DNA of 60,966 nucleotides, the filler included, from Sphacelaria rigidula (Eukaryota), in NCBI GenBank assembly GCA_964200075.2. It is 5 parts of 5 records of this genome, joined end to end, with 100 filler letters (N's around TTAATTAATTAA, not from the genome) between each part and the next. Parts side by side here need not be neighbours in the genome. Positions count along the whole stretch, not along the records: positions 48,855 to 60,966 come from CAXNAA020004114.1; 4 more parts are not named here. The stretch is one strand, 5' to 3'. Positions 49,469-60,966 of this stretch are shown piece by piece; position 1 is the stretch's first letter, and each line of letters starts with the position of its first letter. The notes under the pieces are model-generated. The model worked only from the letters and a program-made list of their open reading frames with translations. It did not search any database and was not told the origin of the DNA. A program made the position numbers and the translations under genes.

Positions 49469-52400
49469 GGGTGGGGGGGGGGGGGGGGGTACTTATTTGT
49501 TGCTCGCCTTAGTCGTGTGACCATTGACCACGCATCCCTTTCTAGACGGAGCAAGTAGGGGCGGGAGGTATTCGTTCGAAGATTTCATCGTCTGTGCATG
49601 GCCTCCCCATCTTCCGTTCGATTTTCCGGGGCAAAATACGGATTTCCCACTGCTTTCAGTTGAAGCACACCATTCTCCCGGGTCTGGCAGCGGCCGGAAT
49701 ACGCCCAGAGGTTTTCCGTGTGTTGACATCGAGACGGTGCACCTGCGAATTGGAAACCTCCGACGGGGATTGGAATTTATCGAGGACTCAGGGACACACG
49801 ATGGTCAGATACATGATACATCGAAAGGCGAGGTGCAACCTTAAGCGAGGAAGAGGGTGTACAACAGCGGTGATATTTGACACTTGGAGGGGGGTGCGTG
49901 GACGTAGTGGCATTTTTCGTGTATGCACTCAACACAGCTTAGACCCAAGACACTACTTTGATGGGCCATGAGTTTCAAGGTGGCCGCAACAAACCATCAA
50001 GGGGCTTCGGTTCGTAGAGGGCACCAACTCGAGGTCGGAACAGCACACAGAAACGCGGGGTATTCATACGATGATAATGAAAACACGTGGTCATTCTCCA
50101 CTCACGTCTGCGTATGCAACATTGCTCAATGTCACACTCTCCGTCGCACTCGATTTTGTCGAAGTCAAACTTGGGAATCGAGTCCATGGGGCACATGAAG
50201 TCGCCGCACATCTCCTGGTCGCCATCCTCCGAGTCGCTATCCTCCGAGTCGCTATCCTCCAGTCCATCCTCATCCTCATCCTCGCTGTCGCTGTCCTCCA
50301 AATCATCCTCATCATCACTTTCGTCGGAAGCTGGAAAGGGAAGGTTTGAGAAAACAAAAGACGAGGGAGGACTCTTTTTGCAACGTTCACCACCGCTATT
50401 AATATATTTCCTGCACAACGAAAACCATGTGAAACGCACAGACGTGTCCGGCTGCCCACTCGACCCATGGCCTACCTTCCTGCTCCGCTAACACCGTGCA
50501 TTGCCGGCGGCACAGAACGTCTCCATCACAGTGCGCAAGATTCGTCGTATCCATCACATGACAAATAGCAAATTTTGAACCCGCACAAATGTGTGCTCCA
50601 CGTCAAAGTGGACCAGTTCTTGGAACCTGTTCATCCGAAGTGTACCATCCACGAGAGAGTAATCATCTAACGGTGCGGCCGGATTCCAGATGATGCGGTC
50701 GTTGCGAGAACCCTACCCTCGAAAAGTACCGCAAGCCCATGCCCCCCGCTCGTTCATTGGCAACGGATGGTCGCCGCTTACTGATCGAGGAACAAACGAA
50801 TGGTAGGTCCCGGAACTGGAGACACCACCCATCCCTACTACCTCAGGCTTCAAAACAATCATCTTCAGCAAACCTCGCGGTCCTCCAAAATGGGGTATAT
50901 TATGACCTAGTTGTGGTATTGAAAACGAACCTTTTTTTTATCCGCTGCGTCTGCGTTTTGTCTTTCTATAGAACCCAACTATGGGGTCATCTTCAACACC
51001 GTTTAAACAACAAAATGATTATAGCCGACCAGACTTGTGTTATGGGACAGAGGAAGTATCCGACTAAACTAGCGTGCTGCGATTTTACGGATACACTCCC
51101 GAAATCAGAAGAGCTCACATTTTTGGCAGCATTGGTTGTCATCACACGTTTGGTAGTCACACTCCATCAAGTCGGCGTCGGCAACGAGTACAGAATCTCT
51201 TCGGCAGGAGTAGCTTGAGCAGAGGGCTCTGCAGCACTGCTCCACCTCGCACTCTCCGTCATAGCACTCCAGGAAATGCGCGTCCTCCACCGGCACGAGC
51301 TTGCCGGGACAGTGGATGGAGTCGCAGGTGAGTGGTCTAAAATATTCCTCCTCGGCGGAGTCTTCGGAATCCTCGGAATCCTCGTAATCAAAGTATCTTC
51401 CTGCCACCGGGTACAGCTCCGGTTCGTAGTCTTCGAACGAGTCTTCAGAATCCTCCGAGTCCTCGTACCTCGCCACCACCCGGTAGAACTCCGGTTCGTA
51501 GAACTCTTCGTCGCCCGAGTCCTCATATCTTACTGCCGTCGGATGCGGGTTCCGTTCATAGGTGACCTCCCCGTGCCTGGAGCCCTCGTGATCAGCTAAA
51601 GCTGGAGGTTGTGTTGTATGTTTCGTAACTGGGTGAAGAAACGAAGTAGAGGGGGGGCGGGAGAAGACAACAAGAGGCGAAAAAAACTCGAGTTTTTTGC
51701 TCTCCAATGTCGACAGTCAAGACGTGCGCATGTTTCTCCATTTTTTACACTGGAGAGCTTCGACGACGAAGGCCTTCTCCGAAACCTTGAACGCTTCTTG
51801 AAATACCAAAATATAATTAATGTCCAAAGAAATGCCCATTTGGCGGTTGAGAGCCAAGTTTCATCGCAACACGGGCCTTGGCGAATTGTACGTCCTCGAA
51901 ACGATTCGCCACACTTTCCAAGAGGAGTGACTTTTCTAATCCTCCGTGCGCCCTGTTTGACTTCTAGCTGGATGATCTCGCAGACAGCCCCCAAAATATA
52001 TTATTTTTTCCAAGTTTTGTTCGTGGTTTCTGAGTCGAAGATTCTTGTTGCTTGGTTCGATAACTAGTTCGGTCCGTGACAACTGGGCGCACGGCTCGAA
52101 AAGGCATATTACAGGAAGAGTGATTATTTCTCGTAGCAGAAGTGGTCACATCATCCAAATCTCCTCACTGTGGCTCTGGGTACGTTTACTATGGGGACAA
52201 GCGATCAAAATACTTCCACAGAACATTCAAACCATACGCCCCCCCCCCTCCCCTCCCCCCCCTGCCCGTTTCCCAACGCTTGCACCAACAGAATTGACCT
52301 CCACTTTTGCGTTCGGGTGTGAACCCACCTCCGTCGCAACACTTGTCTCCCGTGCATCCGTCGCTGCCGCACTCAACGATGGCGGCTGCGGCGATAGAGA

Positions 52401-55400
52401 CCGTCCCATGGGGGCAGGGGAAGCCCGAGCACGTGGCCCTGCAGCACTGGTCCACGGTGCAATCGCCCATGTCGCACTCGACGTTGTGCGCGTTGACGAC
52501 GGGGATGTAGTTGTCCGGACACACAATCGAATGACAGAGTGCCTGGCGTGGTGACAGAAGAAAGGGCAAGGGGGGCATTTCAATTGCGCTTGGTTTCGGG
52601 TGCCAGACATGCACGTCAGTTTCAAGAGCCCGATTGGATAGACCGTTCAAAGCGAAACCAAGTTGCTTGAATTAAAGATCGCGCCTGCGAAGGGGATCAT
52701 CCCTTTTTCCAAAAACGGCGTCTGATTGGTCGCTGCGATATTACCCTCCAAAAAAGTGTTCAGATATCCCCTTTCAAACAGAGGGCTCGAGGGGGAATAT
52801 ACATGTTTCGTTGACAGGGACACATGCCATAGTATGCCAAACAACACGACACAATTCAGACAGCAAGAGTTGACCGGCGTTGGGCTACACCATGTCTATG
52901 GTTGATATTGCTTGATATTTGATCGAAAACAAAGAGAATCGGATCTTTAGTGAGGCTGAAAATCCGTGTTCTCCCTGCGTCCGCAAAACGCGTTTTCGTT
53001 CAAATCGACGACGTAGGCCCAAATGTGGTCTACGAATGCAGCACTTTGCCTAGGAAAGCTGATGTACCGCACTTACCCGATGTACCGCACTTACCCGGGG
53101 GTTCTCGGCATGCCTTGGGTTGAGGTTGGGGTTGGGGATAGCGATACTTTCAATCAGGTGAATTAGAGAGACTTGGTGCTCCCGCAAACCAAACACGCAC
53201 AACTCGAGCCGTAGCTGGCCGTCAGCTAAGCAGGTTGTGAGTGACCTTGCGCTAATCTATCTAGAATTTAGAGGGAAATGATGATTTGTGTGTGACGCGT
53301 ACCGCATACGCCCAGAAACCGTCAGCAACGGCACGCGTTTGATTGTAATTCCACACGCACATGGGCGCTTTTTCTGCACCTGAGTCGCACTCCAAGGTAT
53401 CCTCGGGGAATTCAACCGTGCTCTTCGTCCACATGATCCACAGCCAAAATACCGTCCCCCATCCCACAGCAAGTAGCATGACTGCCGTCGAATTTTGAAT
53501 ATCGTCTACTCATCGTGTTGGGACTGAAAAGAGGAAGAATGAAAATATTTCTATACCCGGGGATGACACGTACTCACCATGCCTGCCCGAGACGAAAACG
53601 AAACTGAAATACCCCGAGGAAAATTTGGTAACACAGGTCGGGCAGGGCAGTTCATAGTCCGGAATAAGTGATTCAACGGCGATCCCGACGGAATGGCTGG
53701 ACAAACGGCCGGATGTAGATTAGCAAGGGGTGAGTATTACTGGAACTGGTGCGCGCGAGTGCTGGATGCTTGTGCGAGGTTTTGCGGGGCTCCATGGTTA
53801 AATGTGTTTTGTAGAGATGTTGGACAAACCACGTCCAGCACCGCCATAATTAGGAACTTGTGCAGGTCTGCGCTTTGTAAAACCTGTTTCTCGATACGAG
53901 TCAATCCGGTCGTTTGGGGTATGGGGATGACAGTAGAGTTGACCACTTGGGATGGTGGGGAATTTCTCGGATAATTCGACTTGATTCTAATGTAAAAAGC
54001 GAAAATCCGCATCTTCAATGGGGCGGGCTATGATCCAAGCGTGCTTCTAGCTTGCGCAGAACGCGGATTGGTCGAAATCGGCGCCTGGGGGGCCGATTTT
54101 GAGGTCTGGCAACGCACCCTGTGCCTCTGTAACACCCTCCACCCCCTCGCCCAAGGGTTTTCGGTGTGCCTTCGTTGGGGTTAGGGTTGGGGTTAGTGTT
54201 GGTGTTCAAGTTTGTTCGAAGTTATAGTTTCTGAAAACTCTCACCATCCCAAGTGGTGAACTGACCTCGGGGATAATCCCCCAGATTGGAACCTGCTTTT
54301 CGCAGTGGGAAAGAAAACTGTACAGAGAATTCCCGTCGTGACGATTCAGATGAAGACTTTTTAGGCTTGCGTTTGCGTTCAACGAATAGCCAGTCCGGCT
54401 GAAGGTATTAAACTGGGCGTATCAAAGATGGGGGAAGGTGTGAAATCTCTTGGAAAAGAATGAAGATGCTCGGAGATGGCCCAATCTGCAAAGACCTTCT
54501 CCGAGCCAATATCCAGCGCTGAACCGTCCGCTCCAAAGACTTTTCAACGATTCTTTTTCATATCAAGCAAGGCGGGCTCAGCCGAAAAACTGTCGTGCCC
54601 TTTTGATGTGATGGTTTCAAAAAAGGGAACAGAAAGACGAACGAGGACGTGATCAGAATCATCGAGGCTATGTAGCGACCACGTGGCGCGGCTCGAAATA
54701 TGGACGTGGGTTGGACACAGCGTAACACCTACGCCATATAAGCCCTAACCCTCGCGTGCAGCAGAATGGGCACGAAAATGTACTTGTATGGTCGACTGTG
54801 CGCTGTGCTGTTTGAAGGGTTTCAAATCCAGCAGGGATTGGTCAAGAACGGTATGCAAAAGCGCCATTTTTCAAGTCAAGCTTGGCACGTCTTGTTCATG
54901 TCCTGCTGAACCCATTCCTGTGAGTCAAATCTTCCACGTGGTTGACAAGGGGGTCATCAGCAGATCAAATGCCCTTGTGCTAGGCGCGCGTCACAGTTGC
55001 TGGCGACCGCCGTTGTACGTTGAGGAACCTCCACATTTGCATGAACCCATGGAACGCCACACAAATGTTCCGTCTAGTGTAAACCTGGTTATGTGAACAA
55101 ACGCCGTGTCCATCCAGTTACCGTTCTTCTCTCCGTTCATTTTCTTTTGTGCACACCCGGATCTGTCCCGATACAACACTGAAAAGATGAGCCGACTTGG
55201 ATCTCGAGCTAATTTCGGGAAATCTTGATCATATGATAATCTCACATGGTGCTGTTCCATAATTTTCGGTCAAACTCGATTCGCCGCATGAAAGGAAGAA
55301 TGAAGATATTTTTTCTGTTTTCCTTCCCAATTAGGCCTACCGAGCAGGTCAACTTGAGGTGTTATTTTACCTCGTGTGTAACATGATCAATAGTCGCTCG

Positions 55401-56558
55401 ATCTAGAGCAGGGAACTAATTTCAACAGCATTAGAATTGTGCGGTACAGTTGTTGAGTTGCAAGAAGTCTTCACAGGCAACTACACGGTGTGCGGTAGAC
55501 CGTACATGTTCCCGTTTATGGGTTGTGCAGACACAGGCTAGTTAGTGCATGTTCCCTATCTAAGAATTGTTTGCAAAGGGTACGTCGGTTAACATCTTCT
55601 CTCAAGTTACTTTTCTCGCGTAACTCGCGGGCAACTACGGTACGATGCTTTACATCTTGACCGTTCGACGACGAGAAAAGGTCGTCTGTTAAAGAGGAAT
55701 TAACTTTACTCGAAATAAGTATGCTGATCGAGATGGACTACCCTCGCAGTCAAAGGGTTCAACATTCGTACGTGTCCCCATGTCTCGATATTTCCGCGCC
55801 GTGTGTCGTGAAAAGGATCTCCCCTCACGTTTACTCGACATATATCTTATGTGTCCGTTGACTAACATGGACATTTCCCCTCGAGAGTTGCGACAGGTAG
55901 GCTTATCCTGACGGTGATGAGAGTACACGTGGTGTATAATAGCAGAGAACTCTGGCGTACTCGAAGGAATGACTTGGGTGATGATAGCTCACGACAATCG
56001 GTTGTCAAGTCTGAAAATACCGCCCAGAATACAGAAAATGCGGTGAGCGAGGTAGTTTTGCAGTAAAGGTATCCGTGCTTTCGCACCATCATCATGATGG
56101 TGAGTTCCGTGCTCTTACTAGGATCAAGCGCTCAAAACACTTGTGGTCAGTGCGACAGTGGAGAGAACACGTGCGGACACAACAGTACGGCCAAGCACGG
56201 CAGCACACACATGTCATATGTATATATACATATAAGTACGTACCTTTTGGGGAAGCTCCGGCAGTATCCCTCTCGAGGTCCCGTTCCATCCATGATCACC
56301 TCTGCCGCGCAACCCCGCTCGCCCTTCCGTGTCATTTCCCCCTCCTCGTGCCAATGCAATCATCGGGTCGCCGCTCCTGCCGCTGCTGCCTCGAAGCCTC
56401 GGTGCTCCGAATTGCATGGTTTCACCTATACTACCGGGCGAACGGTTGAGGCCATCGCTACCTACACCCCTTAGTCCGGCGAAAGAGACACGGGCAACAA
56501 GAGAGAAGACTCCGATCACAGCAATCACTGCGGTCGACACAGTAGTCATTACAGCCAT
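49007..56558 (-). CDS. Secreted acidic cysteine-rich repeat protein, 3' incomplete. Exons 56558-56244 (tentative), 52542-52329, 51601-51119, 50330-50106, 49300-49007
   Basis: Seven modules of C-x4-C-x14-C-x3-5-C-x4-CC separated by D/E/S/Y-rich linkers. Splice phases 0, 1, 1, 1, 1 are consistent. The putative exon 1 encodes a signal-like MAVMTTVSTAVIAVIGVFSLVARVSFA, three LRG motifs, and ends at a phase-0 gtacgt donor. Confidence 0.78.
53937..54262. mobile_element. Element bounded by an inverted repeat, containing a short telomere-like tract
   Basis: agttgaccacttgggatggtg ... caccatcccaagtggtgaact (20 of 21 match); internal ttggggttagggttggggttag at about 54175-54196. Confidence 0.55.
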
Positions 56559-58597
56559 CACGGAGGGCGCTCTTGCGTCCGTGTCTTGCCGTATCTGTTG
56601 TTGTCGTGTAGTACGATACTGGCTGACTGATGTGTTTTGTGGTGCTAGTTGAAATATCGTGTGCACTCCAGGACGAGTTTATTGGGAGAAAGCACTGTTT
56701 CAATACGTTGTTCAAATGCACTCGGCCCACGCTGTTGGCTATTTCTCGAAGTACTGATCGGGGGCGGGGAAAGGCTGGGTTTGATTGAAGAGGTTGCGCT
56801 GCCTCGCCGATCGCCATGTGCCCGAGTCTCGTAATGTTCTTCATAACAGTCGTTTTACCGAAGACTCGGGGTCTCAGGGGAAGTCAGAGTAAAATGATGT
56901 ACATGTGCACCCCCCGTTCAAACAGGTTCAGAACTATTTGGGGGTTATTCGTGGTCCGTCAGGACTAATATAATTATACAATAACATGACAGAACACGCA
57001 GACATATAGAGCTACTGTTTGTAAGGGGTAGCGGATGCCAATAAACCGCACGGTGGAAGCAAGCCCAGTCATTTTGCTACCAGCTACAGCGAAATACATC
57101 GTGCTCTGTGGTGTCTGATCTTGTTGTATCTCGACAGTGAAGATGTACGGCCCGTTCATACGAGAATAGTTCGGGAGGTATTCAAAATTTTAAAATTTCA
57201 GTGTCCCTATTCGAGAGATCGGACTGATCTGCGGAAATAATAATAATAATAATAATAATATATTCGGCCAGGATGGAAATCAGAACAGTAATGAGCAATA
57301 ATGTGCGCAAGAGGACCGGAGACCCCGAAATTCAGCAAAACGGAAAATACCGGTATTTCAAATTTCGGCTATGGTTGCGGGATCCGCGATCAAATACCAC
57401 CCGAGTGCAGCCAGTAAGTACACTTCACCAATCGGTAGTTGACGGATAGTTCTCGGAAATTTACGGCTTGTGGACAGGTGATGATGAGTTGCAACGTTTG
57501 TTCTCGCATATTTCACGATGATTGTAATTGTTCTTTCGCACAGGAGCCAGAGTTTGTGGAACCACACATGTAGTAACATGTCGCACCTGCCCCTCATCGA
57601 CAGTTTCGGATCAACCGCGAACGTCTTCGAGCTCGTACGCACTCGACACATAGGACAGTCCCGGATGAATTGTGACAGCTCCGCAGCTAGTACTGTCTGA
57701 TTGTTTGCCTGTCTGTTTGTCTGTTTGTCTGTCTGCCCTCCTCTTTTTCTCCCACACACATACACACACGCTCTTGGACGCTGCTACTGGAGAATGTTTC
57801 CAGCTCAATTTTTCGTGCTATCGTGGGTTATCAACAGCTGTATTTCATGGAGTGGGGTAGGGTAACGCTCACAACCGCCCTTTGTCACAGGGAAACGTAG
57901 CCGTCTCATGTTCATTGATCCAGCTCAATCTAAGGCTTTCACGGTGAGTACGATACAATTTCGCTGGCCAGACGTTTCGCGGACGTTCGGTCAGCTTTCG
58001 CGACGAGGCATTTGCGCGGCTCTGTTGTAAGATCAAGGAAGGTTAGTTCGTTCGTGAAGCCGGCAGCTGGTCCCGTCTTGTACGATTTTTTATTGTTGTA
58101 CATACTCCGTACCCGCGGTCGAAAGCCCTATGTAGTTGAATAGTCACGAAATGGTTTGCACAGCCTACATTCCTGAATTTTGAGACGAACACTCACTAGG
58201 ACGTCGGAGTCAGCAGTGAGTGACTGTTGAGTGGACGTCCGAATGGTGCCAGCTCTCATTGTTCGGATCACTAGATGTTATAATCATGTTTTTTCTACGA
58301 ATCATCGTCGAGTTGGAAAGCCGGGTGCCACCCCCTGAAGCCGGAATGACCACCTGCGGCACCGGATCTTCTGAGGTTAGCCACATGTATCCTATTTCTT
58401 CTTCATAATTTATTCCTGCTTCGCTTGTATCGCGTTTTGTGAGTTTTTCTCTTGGTCTATTTTTGTTTTTCATGTTGTTTTTGTTCGGTTTCCTCTCCCC
58501 TCATTATAGGTAGCTAGCCTGTGACCACGGAAGGCGTCCGCATCAGATGCCTAGTACGAATGTACCGCGCAGATATCGGAACGTTTTTTTGTGTGAA

Positions 58598-58598
58598 G

Positions 58599-58629
<31 letters not shown>

Positions 58630-58651
58630 CGAAGACGACGACGACGACGAC
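58598..58651. repeat. (AAC)n(GAC)n microsatellite
   Basis: Read directly from the sequence. Confidence 0.9.
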
Positions 58652-58852
58652 AGCGAAGAAGGCGGGGTGGTAATTTTTTTTTCTTCAGGCAAAATTCTTC
58701 GTCATGATGTTATTCGAAGGCGCTTGCCATAAATTAGAGACTGTTTCACACAAGGTTGATACCGCAGTCACCAGAACAACGCGAATCGCGAATAATCGAG
58801 GTCCTCTGGCACACCCCCCTGTAAGCCCACAATGTTGATGGGTTTAGTCAAC

Positions 58853-59026
58853 CCCCCCCTCCCCCCCCTTCATGAGACTCGCCGAACACACGACTGCGCT
58901 TTGTGCTTGGTGATTGAGTGCAAGCCTAGTCCGTCGAAAACCCGGCGTGCTCCCGTCCCGGCTTTGTAGGGATCCGAGGTCAATGGTCTGATGACTATGG
59001 TATGCACGATCATGAGTACACCCCTT
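58853..59026 (-). repeat. Poly-G-headed repeat family A, about 155 bp, with G tracts on both sides; a shorter copy lies at 13135-13200 (-)
   Basis: The reverse strand reads ggggtgtactcatgatcgtgcataccatagtcatcagaccattgacctcggatccctacaaagccgggacgg...gtgttcggcgagtctcatgaa(G)n. Confidence 0.8.
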
Positions 59027-60966
59027 CCTCTGCCGCGGGATGTTCGTTTTTGAATCCGCTGCATTTCGCCGGAAAGATGTTTTAGTCGTTGGACCTTCTA
59101 CTACTTCCGGCGTACGTCCGACCTAAACCTTGTGCCGGCATTTGAGGTAGTGATCGCAAGTGCGATATAAAGGAAAATACACCATTGCGATCAGCTAGCC
59201 TGGTGACGCCCGGGATTCATCCATACCCGCGAATGCCGACCAACTGCAAGACAGAAAATGGAATGAACTGCCCACTCTGACGAAATATACGCCGAACAAA
59301 ATATCACGTGGACCTCTCACACGATACGAAGAAAATAATCTCGTATGTGCACAGAGCAGCCGCAAAATTGCTCCAGTAGACGTTAAATCCGCCGATGTCG
59401 CTATGCGGTATGAAAATAGCCGACGTGCGCCGCAATTTGTTTTTGTGACGGTTGTCGCAGAATAACTCATGTAAGGAATACGACATTTCGAATTCAAATA
59501 GCTTCAACTATCCACGTCCGTTTTTCTCGTGATGTTCGGTCACTTCTTTGGCATTTAGGGTGTGGCATTTGGCAAAACCTAGCTCGTGAAATCCAGAAAT
59601 TTCATGTGTGCAAAGCCGGTCGACCAAAAGGAAACGGCCGTCGACCGGGCCGGGTCGTGCAGCTGTTCCAACCGGGACATGCAATGCACGTGGACCAAGG
59701 TAACCGATGGTGTAGTAGGCATCACCAAATATCGTTCACCATTATTATTCCTATAGCACACCCGGATGTCCCTGAAGCACATATACTGACCGTACAAAAC
59801 ATCGACATATACTTCGTGCATCGACAACAGGAGTCCCTAGCAAGAAAAACCATATGTACGCCTTACGACGAGTCTTCGCTCCGAAACGTCACTGCAACTC
59901 CACCGAACCGATCAAAAGATCGCATCAGGGGAGTCCTACAAAAGCACGGCCCGCAGCTCCACATGTCCATTTTGCATCCCACGAGATTGTCTTTGGGGTG
60001 CCCGACTACGTTGCCCACGAGGCGATCCACCGTCCTGCGGTTGATTGCCTGGTTCTCGAGCTCGTTTACAAGAGTAACCGTAAAAGCAAAAGCATCACAG
60101 CATATCACGTTTACTTCTTGGCGTGATTCTGCTCGTGGGTATGGAGGTTGATGCCCGCCAACTCGTCGCACGTCCTTAGCCCACCAAACAAAGCTCGATA
60201 TTGCGGGCCGTGATTTGTTTCGTGAGGTCCGTCGGGGGATATATACAGTCCGGCGCACTTTCCGAGAACCGGATGAGGTTGTCGAACGTGGGCGTTTGCG
60301 GGCGGCTCAATGTCGAAGGGAAAGCCATAGCCTTCGACTAATCCCTCCTCACTCGCACTTTATCCAGGATTGAAGCCGGACAGTGCAATCTGCGAGCACT
60401 TCACAGCGTGGACGGGGGTCCCAAACCCAGCCCCACCACGTAGAATATGCACTGCGGGAGTAGTGACGGTAACAAACAGCAATTTTCAGCAGGAGAAGAA
60501 GTATAGAAGATGTAACGGAAAGGGCGCTGCTGAAAAGGAGAACACTTCCTAGTGTACATCGTGAGGAAACAGGAAAAGCACATCCCACGGGAACCAAGGG
60601 AGGGGCGTGAATAAATCTTGGCAACTTTGAATACAATGACAAAGAGGCGACCACAGCATTAAATATCCGCACCTGCTTCATCCTTCATGAGGTCGTCGGC
60701 GGGTTGTAGTTCGGCAGCTATGAAGTCCACCCTGGCCTGCAGAAAAAAACGCGATGGAGATTGCTGAAAATCGGCAACACACAGGAAAAGAAAAACGTCC
60801 TTAATTCGTAAAATCACGTCATGCCACGGTGGAGAAAGTGGCATTTCTTCCCCTGATGTTTTAGTACCTAACCGTTTGTTACTGAAAATGCAAATTCGGT
60901 CAAGAAAAAAACTGTGACCACCGGGAAACGACAATATGCCCTGAGAATCATCCTACGACAGGGGGG

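Overview
This is eukaryotic nuclear DNA, most likely from a brown alga (Phaeophyceae). That is an inference from an ASAF-type bipartite plastid presequence, long GT-AG introns full of transposon relics, and an LRG-motif secreted protein. The window is not one locus. It is five unlinked contigs of 12114, 12114, 12113, 12113 and 12112 bp, sorted by size and joined by artificial 100-bp spacers (44N-TTAATTAATTAA-44N). Contig 1 holds a 4-exon PPR gene with about 25-26 repeats. Contig 2 holds a complete 4-exon KCTD-type BTB/POZ gene, head-to-head with the first exon of a plastid-targeted protein, and an AEP/PrimPol-like primase relic inside a BTB intron. Contig 3 has no recognisable host gene; it contains a decayed near-full-length RTE-clade LINE and nested repeats. 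Contig 4 holds a decayed minus-strand cassette of OTU-like cysteine protease, CCCH zinc finger and piggyBac-like transposase N-terminus, plus two exons of an S41 (CtpA/Prc) peptidase. Contig 5 holds a secreted acidic protein built from 6-Cys modules. Several MITE and SINE families recur across contigs, including an abundant element that always starts at a poly-G tract. The best candidate for something undescribed is the OTU-ZnF-piggyBac cassette. All family calls come from motifs read by eye; no database searches were run.
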